Source of the DNA: Thermoanaerobaculia bacterium | GTDB taxonomy: Bacteria > Acidobacteriota > Thermoanaerobaculia > Multivoradales > Multivoraceae | Direction: 5' to 3' | Length of the DNA stretch: 64,000 nt | Assembly (NCBI GenBank): GCA_963666565.1 | Contig: OY762911.1 | Location: forward strand, 928,001 to 992,000 | Shown: piece after piece, positions 30,163-41,415 of the stretch | Layout: every line of letters begins with the position of its first letter | How positions within the stretch are numbered: the first letter of the stretch is position 1 | Program-made: the position numbers and the translations under genes | Notes under the pieces: generated by a model | What the model was told of the DNA's origin: nothing | What the model saw: the letters and a program-made list of their open reading frames with translations, nothing else | Databases searched by the model: none

Positions 30163-30476
30163 TGGCAAGCAGCGGAATCAACGTGACGATGACGCCTTCC
30201 CACCCGGGCGACTTCATCCGCACCGAGGTCATCGAAGAACTGGGTCTCTCCGTCACGAAGGCTGCCGAGATTCTCGGCGTGCGCAGGGCGACCCTCTCGG
30301 CCCTGTTGAACGGGAAGTCGGCTCTCTCGGCGGAAATGGCCCTGCGTATCGAGAAGGCGTTCGACGTCAGCATGGACGTGCTGCTGCGGATGCAGGCCTG
30401 GTACGACGCTTCGCGAGTACGGGCTCGCGCGGACGAGATCGTCGTCCAGCGCTACGAGGCCCCGCAGGGCGCGTAG
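30162..30476 (+). CDS. higA: HigA antitoxin
   Basis: HPGDFI..LSVTKAAEILGV.R..LS..LNG..SAEMALRIEKAF..MQAWYD. Confidence 0.92.
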   Translation: MASSGINVTMTPSHPGDFIRTEVIEELGLSVTKAAEILGVRRATLSALLNGKSALSAEMALRIEKAFDVSMDVLLRMQAWYDASRVRARADEIVVQRYEAPQGA

Positions 30477-30479
30477 GGC

Positions 30480-31967
<1,488 letters not shown>

Positions 31968-31990
31968 GCTCGTGTCTCCTGCCGTCCAGC

Positions 31991-32572
31991 CTACTTGCAG
32001 TCGTCGTAGCGCCAGTGCCAGGGTTCCCAGTCGAAGCCGCCGGCGTTGCCCAGCGGGTAGCTCTCGGTGAAGCAGAAGTCGGCGGCGTGCCGCTTCAGCC
32101 ACCGGTACGCGGGCGTGTCCTTGAAGTCGGCGTCGCTCGGCACGAAGTCGAGGGCGCGGCCGGTGATGTGCTCGGAGTAGCCGGGCGGCGCGGTCCAGCG
32201 GACGGCGTTCAGGAACGGCCGCCCGCCCGCCAGGAGGCCTTCCAGGACCCGCTTCTGGAAGCCGTAGCTGCGGAAACCGGAGTCCACTTCCAGCCGGATG
32301 CCCTGCTCCAGGGCGGCCGCCGCCATCGCGACGACGGCGTCGCGCGTTTCCGGGGTGACGTAGATGCCGAGCTCTCCGGCCAGTGCGTCAGGCACCTTCG
32401 CGAGCTCCGCCGGGTCGGCGGCGTGGTCGATGCGGTTGCCCCGCCACGGCGGCGGCACGTCGTAGACGATGCCGTTCAGTTCGACCCGTTCGACCGCCGG
32501 TTCTACCGGCTCCTGCGGCCGCGCGGCCCCGGGGAGCGCGTGGAGCAGAACGCAGAGCGCGGCGGCCGGCAA
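31991..32572 (-). CDS. M15B (VanY-like) D-Ala-D-Ala carboxypeptidase (start uncertain)
   Basis: SGFRSY, APPGYSEH.TG.ALD, EPWHWRY. Confidence 0.85.
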   Translation of the reverse strand: MPAAALCVLLHALPGAARPQEPVEPAVERVELNGIVYDVPPPWRGNRIDHAADPAELAKVPDALAGELGIYVTPETRDAVVAMAAAALEQGIRLEVDSGFRSYGFQKRVLEGLLAGGRPFLNAVRWTAPPGYSEHITGRALDFVPSDADFKDTPAYRWLKRHAADFCFTESYPLGNAGGFDWEPWHWRYDDCK

Positions 32573-32607
32573 AGCGGAGCCGGCCTGACGGCGGGCGCGT
32601 CTTCCTG

Positions 32608-32649
32608 GCCGTCTTCGGCGGCAGCGGGTCGGAAGACCCGCGCACCCAG
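32608..32649 (-). repeat. REP-like copy
   Basis: Reverse complement of the consensus with a GAA loop. Confidence 0.9.
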
Positions 32650-32758
32650 TGGGCGGCCAGTTCCATGCAAGCCGGCGCTGCGATTTCGCGGCGCGGGCTG
32701 CTAGGATTCCAGTCTCTGCAAGCATCCCGGTCCATTCTTCCCGAACGAGGACTCAACC

Positions 32759-33829
32759 ATGCGCAAGCTCACCCTCGCCTCGCTCGCTCTCCTCGTCGCC
32801 TTTCCGGCCCTGGCCGCGGAGGGAGACGGCATCAAGCGGATGCCGAACGGCAAGCCCGACCTCTCGGGCGTCTACGACGCAGGCACGATCACTCCGGTCG
32901 ATCGCCCGCCGCAGTACGGCGACAACCTGTACCTGACGCCGGAGGAGGCGCAGGAGATGGAAGAGGAAAGGGACAGGCTCTGGCGGTCCCTCGAAGAGGA
33001 CCGGAAGGGCGGCGGCGCCGATCGGACCGCACCCAAGAAGGGCGGGGACGGCGACAACCGCTTCGGCGGCGGCGGCGTAGGCGGCTACAACGCCTTCTGG
33101 ATCGACCCCGGTTCCGAGGCGGTGATCGTGGACGGCAAGTTCCGCACCTCGATCATCTACGAGCCGAAGAACGGTCGGCGGCCCGCGATGACGCCGGCGG
33201 CCATGCGCCGGATGGCCACGAACTTCGCCTCGTTCATCCACGACAACGACGGCACCGCCTCCTGGCTGGACCAGGAAGGTCCCGGGCCGTTCGACGGTCC
33301 CGAGACCCTGGCCCTGGCCGAGCGCTGTCTGCTCGGGTTCGTCGGCGGACCGCCGCTGCTGCCCAGCCTGTACAACAACTACGCGCGGATCATGCAGACC
33401 GAGAACCACGTCGTCATCATGGCGGAGATGGTCCACGACGCCCGGATCGTCCGCATCGACGACGAGCACAGCCCCGAGGAGATCGACTGGTGGCTCGGCG
33501 ACGGCGTCGGTCACTGGGAGGGCGACACGCTCGTCGTCAACACGCGCAACTTCCGCAACCAGACGGGTCTCCCCGGCGGCAGCGAGACGATGCACGTGGA
33601 AGAGCGCTTCACCCGCACCGAGGACGGCAACCTGCTCTACCACTTCCGGGTCGACGACCCGGGCTCATGGACGGGACCGTGGGCCGGCGAGTACACCTGG
33701 CAGGCGAAGGACAGCCTCGTCTACGAGTACGCCTGCCACGAAGGCAACTACGCGATGGGCAACGTCCTGCGCGGCGCCCGGCTGCTCGAATCGGAGTACG
33801 ACCAGCCCCAGAGCACCGGCGGCGAGTAG
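32759..33829 (+). CDS. Secreted conserved hypothetical protein
   Basis: Signal peptide; GKPDLSG, G.WEGDTLVV, YEYACHEGNY. Confidence 0.8.
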   Translation: MRKLTLASLALLVAFPALAAEGDGIKRMPNGKPDLSGVYDAGTITPVDRPPQYGDNLYLTPEEAQEMEEERDRLWRSLEEDRKGGGADRTAPKKGGDGDNRFGGGGVGGYNAFWIDPGSEAVIVDGKFRTSIIYEPKNGRRPAMTPAAMRRMATNFASFIHDNDGTASWLDQEGPGPFDGPETLALAERCLLGFVGGPPLLPSLYNNYARIMQTENHVVIMAEMVHDARIVRIDDEHSPEEIDWWLGDGVGHWEGDTLVVNTRNFRNQTGLPGGSETMHVEERFTRTEDGNLLYHFRVDDPGSWTGPWAGEYTWQAKDSLVYEYACHEGNYAMGNVLRGARLLESEYDQPQSTGGE

Positions 33830-33949
33830 AGAGCCGGAGCGCTGCACACTGGGGTGCGCCGGCGTGCCACCCGTGCACCCGCTGACGGACGCGCCGACCG
33901 GTTAGCGGGCTGCGCGGTAGCCGAAGCGCCACACGCCGCGGCCGCGGTC

Positions 33950-34912
33950 TCAGTCGTCGAGGCTGGCCCAGACGTAGCCGATCCAGACCGCTTCCGGCGA
34001 CAGCGGGCCGTTGCCGTAGGGCGCGTACTTCTCCGGCAGGCCGTCCTTCTGGACGTCCTCGAGCGACTTGCCGGCGCTCTTCTGCCTGTGGATGAAGTCG
34101 ATCGTCTCCGCGACGTAGTCGTGGTAGCGCTGCAAGTCGACCTTCGTCGCCAGCGGCCCGTGGCCGGGGATGATCTTCGTCTCGTCGTCGACGATGTCGA
34201 GCAACTGAGCCATGTTGTCGCGCAGGCCGAGCGCGCTGCCGCCGACGTCCCGGTCGATGTACGGGTAGCCGCCGAGGTTCGGGAACTGGTCGCCGGCGTG
34301 GACCACGTTCGAGTCGCGGAAGAAGATCGCCGCGTCGCCGTCCGTGTGCGCGGGGTTGCCGAAGTGGATCACGTCGATCGCCTCGCCGTTCCAGTGCAGC
34401 GTGACGCTCTCGTTGAACGTCACGATCGGCAGCGCCTCGGGCGGGAACGGCGTCGCCGAGAAGTTGGCGCCGGCGTGCCGGTTCTCCAGCAGCCGCTTGC
34501 GCACGTTCGCGTGCGCGACGATCGCGGAGTCGGCCCCGAAGGCCGCGTTGCCGCCCGCGTGGTCGAAGTGGTAGTGCGAGTTGACGACGAAATCGATCCT
34601 GCCTTCCTGGATCTCCGCCACCGCCGCCTTGATCTTGGGCGCCACCGGGATCATCCCGTCGTCGACGATCAGGATGCCGTCCTCGCCCGCGGAGACGGCG
34701 AGGTTGCCTACCCGGCCGGGCCCGGGCAGGAGCAGATGGACCGTGTCGCTCAACCGGGTGCGTTCCCAAACGGTCTGTTCGCCTGCCAGTTCGCCCCAGG
34801 CGTCGATGTCGAGCTGGGCCGCGGCCGGGGTGGCCATGCCGGCGGCCAGCGCCGCGATCGCGAGGCCAAGGAAGGCCGGACGAGTGCAGTTCTTCGAGCT
34901 TTCTTCGATCAT
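33950..34912 (-). CDS. Secreted MBL-fold metallo-hydrolase
   Basis: SHYHFDHAGGN, HTDGD, HAGD, IPGHG. Confidence 0.9.
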   Translation of the reverse strand: MIEESSKNCTRPAFLGLAIAALAAGMATPAAAQLDIDAWGELAGEQTVWERTRLSDTVHLLLPGPGRVGNLAVSAGEDGILIVDDGMIPVAPKIKAAVAEIQEGRIDFVVNSHYHFDHAGGNAAFGADSAIVAHANVRKRLLENRHAGANFSATPFPPEALPIVTFNESVTLHWNGEAIDVIHFGNPAHTDGDAAIFFRDSNVVHAGDQFPNLGGYPYIDRDVGGSALGLRDNMAQLLDIVDDETKIIPGHGPLATKVDLQRYHDYVAETIDFIHRQKSAGKSLEDVQKDGLPEKYAPYGNGPLSPEAVWIGYVWASLDD

Positions 34913-34999
34913 CGTTTCTCTCCGCGTTCGGTTGCCCTCACTGCCAACCCTACTCCTACCGCGCGGCGCCGCCGTACCGCTGGGTGCGGCTGGGTGTGG

Positions 35000-35141
35000 C
35001 TGGGTGTGCGGGTCTTCCGACCCGCTGCCGCCGGAGGCGGCCGACGAAATCGTCGCCGGCCTTTGGCCGGCGGCCTGTTTCTCCGGGCTGCACCGCTTCG
35101 CGGTTTCGCCCGTGGGCGGGTCGGAAGACCCGCGCACCCAG
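35000..35141. repeat. REPIN-like composite (inverted REP pair)
   Basis: Forward 35000-35041, reverse 35116-35141; spacer homologous to 2892-2958; preceded by 10-bp CTGGGTGYGG tandems. Confidence 0.9.
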
Positions 35142-35148
35142 CGGAGAG

Positions 35149-35793
35149 TCACCGTCGCGAAGACGGCTGCAAGCCCCGGGTCTCCGCCGTCGAAACCAAC
35201 GTGACCGGCCCCTTCGCGCCCTCGATCACCGCCGTCATCTCGGGCTCTCCCGCCGACACTGCGACGTTCAGCCCGAGACCCGCCAGCACCGCACCGAGTT
35301 CCGCCGCATCCGGCGTCGAGATCCCGAACGACACCAACTCCCCGCCAACAGGCGTCGTCGTTGCCGGATGCGGAGACTCCCGCCAGTCGATGAAGAAGGG
35401 CATCCCGTAGCCGCCCCCCTGCGGGAACAGCAGGTCCCAGATCAGCAGCCCTCCGTCCGCCGTGCGCCGACGCGTCTCCACCGGACCGGCAGACGAGATT
35501 CCGGCCTCTTCCAGCAGCCCCTTCGTGACGACGAGATCGCCCTGCGCCGCCCAGGTCACGAGCCCCCCGCCGCTCATCGCGGCCATCCCCGCGACCATCT
35601 GGCTCTCGACCGACTGGGCCGGATCCGGCGCGATGATCTCGAGGTACGTGTCACCCAAGCTCAGCAGGGCATTGCGCGTACCGAGCCCCTCATGCGAGCC
35701 GCCGAACACCGGCGCCACGCCGAAGACGTCCGCCGCCCAGGCCATACCCTCGTCGAGGTCGGCGACCGCGTACATGAAATGGTCGATCCTCAT
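35149..35793 (-). CDS. VOC / glyoxalase-like family protein
   Basis: IDH..AV.DL, GG.H..LGTRNALL, YLEIIAPDP, PFFIDW..HP. Confidence 0.88.
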   Translation of the reverse strand: MRIDHFMYAVADLDEGMAWAADVFGVAPVFGGSHEGLGTRNALLSLGDTYLEIIAPDPAQSVESQMVAGMAAMSGGGLVTWAAQGDLVVTKGLLEEAGISSAGPVETRRRTADGGLLIWDLLFPQGGGYGMPFFIDWRESPHPATTTPVGGELVSFGISTPDAAELGAVLAGLGLNVAVSAGEPEMTAVIEGAKGPVTLVSTAETRGLQPSSRR

Positions 35794-35950
35794 CTTGCTG
35801 CTCCCATCGCTGTTCTCGGGCAGAAGCCGGGACTCCCCCTCGCCGCCGTCGCCGGCGTATCCCCAGCCCAAGAGAAACAGGACGACGACAACGGTCGTCC
35901 TTTACCACGAAAGCAGTCTACGACCACTCCGAACCAGTTGAGGACCTGCC

Positions 35951-36322
35951 ATGAAACAGTCCATTCTGATCGCCGCCGCCGTCGCCCTTGCCTTCGCGCC
36001 CGCAGCCCTGGCCGCCGACAACGCACCCGTCCTCGGCAAGTGGACGTCGATGACCGAAACGCCCCAGGGCACCTTCGAGGTCGTGTACGAGTTCACGGAA
36101 GTCGACGGCGAGCTCAAGGGCGCCTGGAGCAACCCGCGCCGGAACGGCGACCTGACGAACGTGTCCTGGGACGGCGAGACGCTCAAGTTCGGCCGGGAGG
36201 TCGGAAGGGGCGGCCAGACCTTCAACCTCAACTTCGAGGCGACGGTCGACGCCGACGCGATGACCGGCAAGATGATCACTCCCCGCGGCGAGCGCGAGTT
36301 CACGGCGACCCGCAACAAGTAG
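35951..36322 (+). CDS. Small secreted hypothetical protein
   Basis: GAGG RBS, signal peptide, G.W beta-rich body. Confidence 0.75.
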   Translation: MKQSILIAAAVALAFAPAALAADNAPVLGKWTSMTETPQGTFEVVYEFTEVDGELKGAWSNPRRNGDLTNVSWDGETLKFGREVGRGGQTFNLNFEATVDADAMTGKMITPRGEREFTATRNK

Positions 36323-36412
36323 GAGGCTCGCGGTCGGCCGGCGCCTTCGGCGCCGGAGCCGGGTGGTCGCCGCCCGTTGGCCGGCGGCTGCTTTCGTGGG
36401 GCTCCGCCCCAG

Positions 36413-36527
36413 GCGGGTCGGAAGACCCGCGCACCCGGCGCAGATCGCGGGCTGTCCCACACTGGGTGCGCGGGTCTTCCGACCCGCTGCCGCCGGAGGC
36501 GGCCAGAAAGACGCGCCGCGAAGCGGC
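36413..36527. repeat. REP-like cluster (reverse 36413-36436, forward 36462-36503, GCCGC-GAA-GCGGC tail)
   Basis: Consensus matches on both strands, between convergent genes. Confidence 0.9.
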
Positions 36528-36537
36528 GACGGCTCTC

Positions 36538-37614
36538 CTACTCCAGATGCTTCTTCAGGAACGCGCTCACCTCCGCGAACACGTCCTCCGACTCCGGCGA
36601 CCCTACGAGGATCAGGTAGTCCGCGTGGGCAACTCCCTCGTAGACGTGCAGGTCGGCCACGACTCCGGCGGCTCGTAGCTTGCGGTGCGTCCGCGCCGTA
36701 TCGCTAAGGAACATGTCGCGCGTGCCGGTGATCAGGTACGTCGGCGGGAACCCCTCGAAGTCGCCGTAGACGGGCGAGATCAGCGGATCCTTCATGTCGT
36801 GTCCGTCGGCGTAGAGCCGCGCCGCCGCGCCGAGGAACCCGTCGTAGGTGACCAGGATGCGGTCCAGCCCTTCGTTCGTGAACAGGCTGTCGCTGGTCTT
36901 GGTCAGGTCGGCCCAGGGCGTTCCGGCATAGATCGCTCCCGGTACATCGAGACCCAGGGCGATGAAGCGGTGAACCGCCGCCAGCGACAACCCGCCGCCC
37001 GCCGACGTACCGCCGATGGCGATGGACTTCGCGGACCGGCTCTCCAGCAGGTGATCGTAGACCGTGACCACGTCCTCGACCGCGGCCGGGAACGGGTGCT
37101 CCGGCGGCATGCGGTAGTCCACGGAAAGGGCCGCGATTCCCGCGCGGGACGCGACCATGGCCGCCTCGGTGACGGAGGCGTCGCCGCCGTTGAGCACGTA
37201 CCCGCCGCCGTGTACGTGCAGGAAGAGATGCTCCGCGTGCCGGGGATGGACTTTCTCGGGCGTCACCCGGTAGACCGTCACGTCCTCGATCTCGTCCTTC
37301 TCGATCGAGACGCCGAACCCGCTCGCGATCTGGTCGAGGTTGGCGTTGGCCGTCGCCTTCTGCATCACGAGCCACTGTTCGTCGCTCTGCGGCGTCTGCT
37401 GCTTCGACGCGGCGACGCTGGGGGCGGGCGTCGCGGCGAGCGCCGCCCGGAGCTGCTCGCTGGCGCCGGATGGCGGCGGCACGACCCGCTCGCCGACGTT
37501 CCAGGCGCCGGACTCCTGGGCTGTTGCGGGCTGTGGGCCAGCGACCGCGAACGCCGTGGCCATCGTCAACGCCAGCGGAACGGCGAGTGCGGTTCGGGAC
37601 TTGAATCTCTTCAC
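36538..37614 (-). CDS. Secreted HSL-family alpha/beta hydrolase
   Basis: HGGG, DYRMPPEHPFPA, GTSAGG, catalytic D and H; GTG start. Confidence 0.9.
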   Translation of the reverse strand: MKRFKSRTALAVPLALTMATAFAVAGPQPATAQESGAWNVGERVVPPPSGASEQLRAALAATPAPSVAASKQQTPQSDEQWLVMQKATANANLDQIASGFGVSIEKDEIEDVTVYRVTPEKVHPRHAEHLFLHVHGGGYVLNGGDASVTEAAMVASRAGIAALSVDYRMPPEHPFPAAVEDVVTVYDHLLESRSAKSIAIGGTSAGGGLSLAAVHRFIALGLDVPGAIYAGTPWADLTKTSDSLFTNEGLDRILVTYDGFLGAAARLYADGHDMKDPLISPVYGDFEGFPPTYLITGTRDMFLSDTARTHRKLRAAGVVADLHVYEGVAHADYLILVGSPESEDVFAEVSAFLKKHLE

Positions 37615-37666
37615 GGGGCTTTCTCCCTCCAGCGAATGCAGTGAGCCGCCGACGATACCCTCTGTC

Positions 37667-37730
37667 GGTGCGCGGGTCTTCCGACGCGCTGCCGCCGAAG
37701 GCGGCGAACTGAACGCGCCGCGAAGCGGCG
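37667..37730 (+). repeat. REP-like copy with GAA tail hairpin
   Basis: GGTGC-GCGGGTC-TTCC-GACGCGC-T-GCCGCC-GAA-GGCGGC ... GCCGC-GAA-GCGGC. Confidence 0.85.
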
Positions 37731-37774
37731 ACCTTGTTGCGGAGTCCGGCTCCGACCCGCAAGAAAGGACCACG

Positions 37775-38314
37775 ATGGCTCGACTCCCCTACCTGGACGT
37801 GGACGATCTCGCTCCCGAGGACCGCAGGCTCCTCGATCCGCCGCTCAACCTCTTCCGGGTCCTCGCGTACTGCCCCGCCGGCGCCCGCGCCTTCGGCCGT
37901 CTGGGCCTCTGGATTCGCTTCAAGACGAAGCTCGATCCGCGCCTGCGCCAGATGGCGATCCTCCGCGTCGGCGCCGTCACCCGCACCGGCTACGAGTACA
38001 GCCACCACATCGAACTCGGCCGCGAGTTCGGTCTCTCGGACGACGACATCCGGGCCGTCGTCGCTGGGCCGGAGGACGAGTCGCTGACCGAGGTCGAACG
38101 GCTCGTCGTCGCCGCGGCCGACGAGATGACGACCGGTCTCGGCATCGGCGCCGAGACCTTCAAGGCGTTGCGGGGCCACCTCGACGAGGGAATGATGGTC
38201 GAGTTGACGATGACCCTCTCCTACTACAACGGCGTCGTTCGGATGCTGAACTCGCTGGACATCGACGTCGAGCCCGACTACGAGCGCTACCTGGAGGAGT
38301 TCCCGCTACGGTAG
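37775..38314 (+). CDS. Carboxymuconolactone decarboxylase / AhpD-like protein (copy 1)
   Basis: MARLPY, LDPRLR.MAILRV, YEYSHH, YYN.V.R. Confidence 0.85.
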   Translation: MARLPYLDVDDLAPEDRRLLDPPLNLFRVLAYCPAGARAFGRLGLWIRFKTKLDPRLRQMAILRVGAVTRTGYEYSHHIELGREFGLSDDDIRAVVAGPEDESLTEVERLVVAAADEMTTGLGIGAETFKALRGHLDEGMMVELTMTLSYYNGVVRMLNSLDIDVEPDYERYLEEFPLR

Positions 38315-38379
38315 GGAGTACCGCCCTCGGCGCTCCGTTGCCCGCCCGCGACTGCGTCGCCCACCCGCGCCGCCGCACA

Positions 38380-38446
38380 CTGGGTGCGCCGGCGTCCCCG
38401 CCGGCTGCCGCCGCAGGCGGCTGGAAGGACGCGCCGCGAAGCGGCG
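38380..38446 (+). repeat. REP-like copy, stem variant GCCGGCG/CGCCGGC
   Basis: CTGGGTGC-GCCGGCG-TCCC-CGCCGGC-T-GCCGCC-GCA-GGCGGC plus GAA tail. Confidence 0.85.
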
Positions 38447-38466
38447 ACGATGGAGGTTCCGGATCG

Positions 38467-39282
38467 ATGAAGACGCCTTTGGAGCAGACCCCCTCGGCCG
38501 GGGACCGGATCGACTTCCGCGGCCGCACCGCCGTCGTGACCGGCGGCGGCGCCCGAGGAGACGGCATCGGCAACGGCCGCGCCGCCGCCATCCTCCTGGC
38601 CCGCGCCGGCGCGGAGGTCGTCGTCGTGGACCGGGACGAAGAAGCCGCCCGAGGCACGGTCGAGATGATCGAGAACGAGGGCGGCGCCTCCCGCCTCTTC
38701 ATCGGCGACGTGACCAGCGAAGACGACTGCTCGGCCCTGGCGGCCTTCGCCGGCGAAACGTCCGCGCCGCCCACCGTGCTGATCAACAATGTCGGCATCG
38801 GCGCGCCCGGCACCGTCCTCGACACCGAGCCCGAGTTGTGGGACCGGGTGATGAAGGTCAACGTCCGGTCGATGGTCCAGGCGTCCCGCGCCCTGATTCC
38901 GGGGATGGCCGAGGCCGGCGGCGGCGCCATCGTCAACATCAGCTCCATCTCCGCCATCCGTCCCAAGGGCCTCACCCCCTACTCGGCGTCGAAGGGCGCT
39001 GTCATCTCGCTGACCCGGGCGATGGCCGTCGACCACGCCGGGGCTGGCATCCGCGTCAACGCGGTGCTGCCCGGGCCGGTCTGGACGCCGATGGTCCAGC
39101 GCCCGACGATGACCCCCGAAATCCGCGAGCGGCGCAAGAACGCCTCGGCGCTGCGGATCGAAGGAACAGGCTGGGACGTCGGTCGCGCCGTCGTCTTCCT
39201 TGCCTCCGAACACGCCCGCTACATCACCGGCCAGGCGCTGGTCGTCGACGGCGGCGTCACCGTGCTGTCCCCCGTCCGCTGA
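38467..39282 (+). CDS. SDR family oxidoreductase
   Basis: TGGG..GIGNGRA, NNVGI, YSASK, GIRVNAVLPG, VDGG. Confidence 0.92.
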   Translation: MKTPLEQTPSAGDRIDFRGRTAVVTGGGARGDGIGNGRAAAILLARAGAEVVVVDRDEEAARGTVEMIENEGGASRLFIGDVTSEDDCSALAAFAGETSAPPTVLINNVGIGAPGTVLDTEPELWDRVMKVNVRSMVQASRALIPGMAEAGGGAIVNISSISAIRPKGLTPYSASKGAVISLTRAMAVDHAGAGIRVNAVLPGPVWTPMVQRPTMTPEIRERRKNASALRIEGTGWDVGRAVVFLASEHARYITGQALVVDGGVTVLSPVR

Positions 39283-39379
39283 CCGGCGCCGGCGTCTCGG
39301 GCCTGCCTCCGCTATCGTCGCCGGCCATGGGCCGGCGGCCCGTTGTTCGGGCTGTGCCGCTCCGCGGCGCCGCCCGTGG

Positions 39380-39405
39380 GCGGGTCGGAAGACCCGCGCA
39401 CCCAG
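39380..39405 (-). repeat. REP-like copy (half of a REPIN-like composite)
   Basis: GCGGGTCGGAAGACCCGCGCACCCAG preceded by the shared spacer. Confidence 0.88.
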
Positions 39406-39442
39406 CGCGCCCGGTGGCTGTTCCATGCAAGAGAGGATCAAG

Positions 39443-39983
39443 ATGGCTCGACTCCCCTACCTCGACGTGGACGATCTGGCGCCCGAAGACCGGCAAACTG
39501 CTCGACCGCCCGATCAACCTGGCGCGGATGCTCGCCCACAGCCCCGCCGGGACGCGCGCCTTTCGCCACACGGGCGGCTGGATCCGCTTCAAGTCCCGCT
39601 TCGACTCGCGGCTGCGCGAGATGGCCATCCTGCGGATCGGCGTCATCACCCGCACCGACTACGAGTACAGCCACCACATCGAATTCGGCCGCCAGTTCGG
39701 GATGTCCGACGACGACATCCGCGCCGTCATCGCGGGGCCGGAAGCCGCGGAGCTCCCGGAACTCGAACGCCTCGTCCTCACCGCCGCCGACGAAGTGACC
39801 GAGGATCTCAGCATCAGCACCGAGACCTTCGACGCGCTACGCCGTCACCTCGACGCCGAACTCCTCGTCGAACTGACGATCATCGTCTCCTACTACAACG
39901 CCGTCGTGCGCCTTCTCCGGTCGCTGGAGATCGACGTCGAGCCCGGCTACGACCGCTACCTGGAGGAGTTCCCGCTGCCGTAG
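39443..39983 (+). pseudogene. CMD/AhpD-like protein copy 2 with +1 frameshift near codon 17
   Basis: 541 bp versus 540 bp for the paralog; MARLPYLDVDDLAPEDR then continues in another frame as KLLDRPINL. Confidence 0.8.
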
Positions 39984-40018
39984 CTCCCCCGCCTCCCTTC
40001 GATGGTGGCAGGGGTGTC

Positions 40019-40083
40019 GGTGCGCGGGTCTTCTGACCCGCTGCCGCCGTAGGGCGGCCAGAGGGACGCGCCGCGAAGCGGCG
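40019..40083 (+). repeat. REP-like copy with GAA tail
   Basis: GGTGC-GCGGGTC-TTCT-GACCCGC-T-GCCGCC-GTAG-GGCGGC. Confidence 0.85.
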
Positions 40084-40176
40084 ACGACAGCCGGTGGACC
40101 GCCGGGTTTGGCGACGGCGTAGGATAAGCAGGCTCGTTGGCTGGCCGTAACACAGGACTTCAGACACGGGGCGACC

Positions 40177-41415
40177 ATGCTTGAGAGGCTGGCAGTACGC
40201 GACTTCAAGTCGCTGGTGGATGTGACCGTGAAGTTCCCGCGGCTCGCGGTTCTCTTCGGTCCGAACGCGGCCGGCAAGAGCAACCTGCTGGACGCGATCA
40301 CCGCGCTGTCCTGGATCGGCAACGCACGGACACTCTCGGATGTGCTCGGAGGCCCGATGCCGCTGCGCGGCTACGCTCTGGAGAGCTTCTCGTTCCCGGC
40401 CGGCGGCCTGCCCGCGCTCCTGAAGAAGCGCGAGGCGCAGTTCTCGATGGAAGCGGACCTCGTCGTAGGCGCGGAGCGCTACCGGTATCGCGCTGCTCCG
40501 AAGATCGACTTCGCGTCCGGGCGGTTGAAGGTGGCCGACGAGTATCTGGCCCTCCTGACGAAGACGGGCAAGGCGAAGGGAAAGCCTGCCATCGAGCGCG
40601 TCGACTCGAAGCTCCATGTGCGGCGCAAGGGCAAGCCCGCCCACCCTCGCCAGGAACCGGTCGGCATGAACCACACGATCCTGTCGGACCGGAGCCTCGC
40701 CGGGGACGAGTATCGGTGGCTGGATGCGGTCCGCCAGGAGCTCGGCGAGTGGTGCACCCACTATCTGGATCCCGGTCTCGCAATGAGGGTTCCGCGACCG
40801 CCGGCGGACGTCCTCGACGTGGGAGCGCATGGCGAGAACATCGCACCGTTTCTCTACAAGCTCCGCGCCGAGGAGCCGAAACGCTTCGCTGCCGTTTCCC
40901 GGACGCTCCGGACGATCGTGCCAAGCGTGGAATCCCTTGCCGTGCAACTCGACGAGCGTCGAGGCACTCTCGACATCCTGATCCGTCAGTCTGGCGTGGA
41001 GTACTCCTCTCGCATCGTCTCCGAAGGGACGCTCCGAGTCCTGGCCCTGTGTGCGATCGCCGTCAACCCATGGGCGGCTTCGTTGCTCGCCTTCGAGGAA
41101 CCCGAGAACGGCGTTCACCCTCGGCGGCTTGAACTCATCGCGCGGCTCTTGGCTTCGCTGGCGCTCGAGGAGGGCCGTCAGGTAATCGTCACCACGCATT
41201 CGCCTCTGTTCTGCGATGCCGTGCTGAAGCTCGGATCCTCAGCGGGGGATGACATTGGCCTGTTCAACGTTCGCCGTGTCGATCAGGCCACGGCGGTCGA
41301 GCGGTTCGACCCGACGCCGATGTTCAAGGACCAGGAGATCGCATCCGCCTTGTCCAACTCGGCGGAGGACGGCCTGTTCGAAAGCCTGCTGCTGCGAGGT
41401 CTGATCGATGAGTGA
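40177..41415 (+). CDS. ABC-type (AAA_21-like) ATPase
   Basis: GPNAAGKSN Walker A, SEGTLR signature, AFEEPENGVHP, TTHS. Confidence 0.9.
   Translation: MLERLAVRDFKSLVDVTVKFPRLAVLFGPNAAGKSNLLDAITALSWIGNARTLSDVLGGPMPLRGYALESFSFPAGGLPALLKKREAQFSMEADLVVGAERYRYRAAPKIDFASGRLKVADEYLALLTKTGKAKGKPAIERVDSKLHVRRKGKPAHPRQEPVGMNHTILSDRSLAGDEYRWLDAVRQELGEWCTHYLDPGLAMRVPRPPADVLDVGAHGENIAPFLYKLRAEEPKRFAAVSRTLRTIVPSVESLAVQLDERRGTLDILIRQSGVEYSSRIVSEGTLRVLALCAIAVNPWAASLLAFEEPENGVHPRRLELIARLLASLALEEGRQVIVTTHSPLFCDAVLKLGSSAGDDIGLFNVRRVDQATAVERFDPTPMFKDQEIASALSNSAEDGLFESLLLRGLIDE

Noticed and set aside
33851-33880. Additional REP copies at 33851, 23263 and 48954
   Set aside because: Only the foot and half a stem are present; too degenerate to count.
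31991-34912. VanY-like and MBL-fold genes as antibiotic resistance determinants
   Set aside because: There is no van cluster or beta-lactamase-specific context; both families are widespread housekeeping hydrolases.
39480-39500. Programmed ribosomal frameshift in CMD copy 2
   Set aside because: There is no canonical slippery heptamer, the paralog is intact, and similar single-base indels elsewhere point to error or decay.
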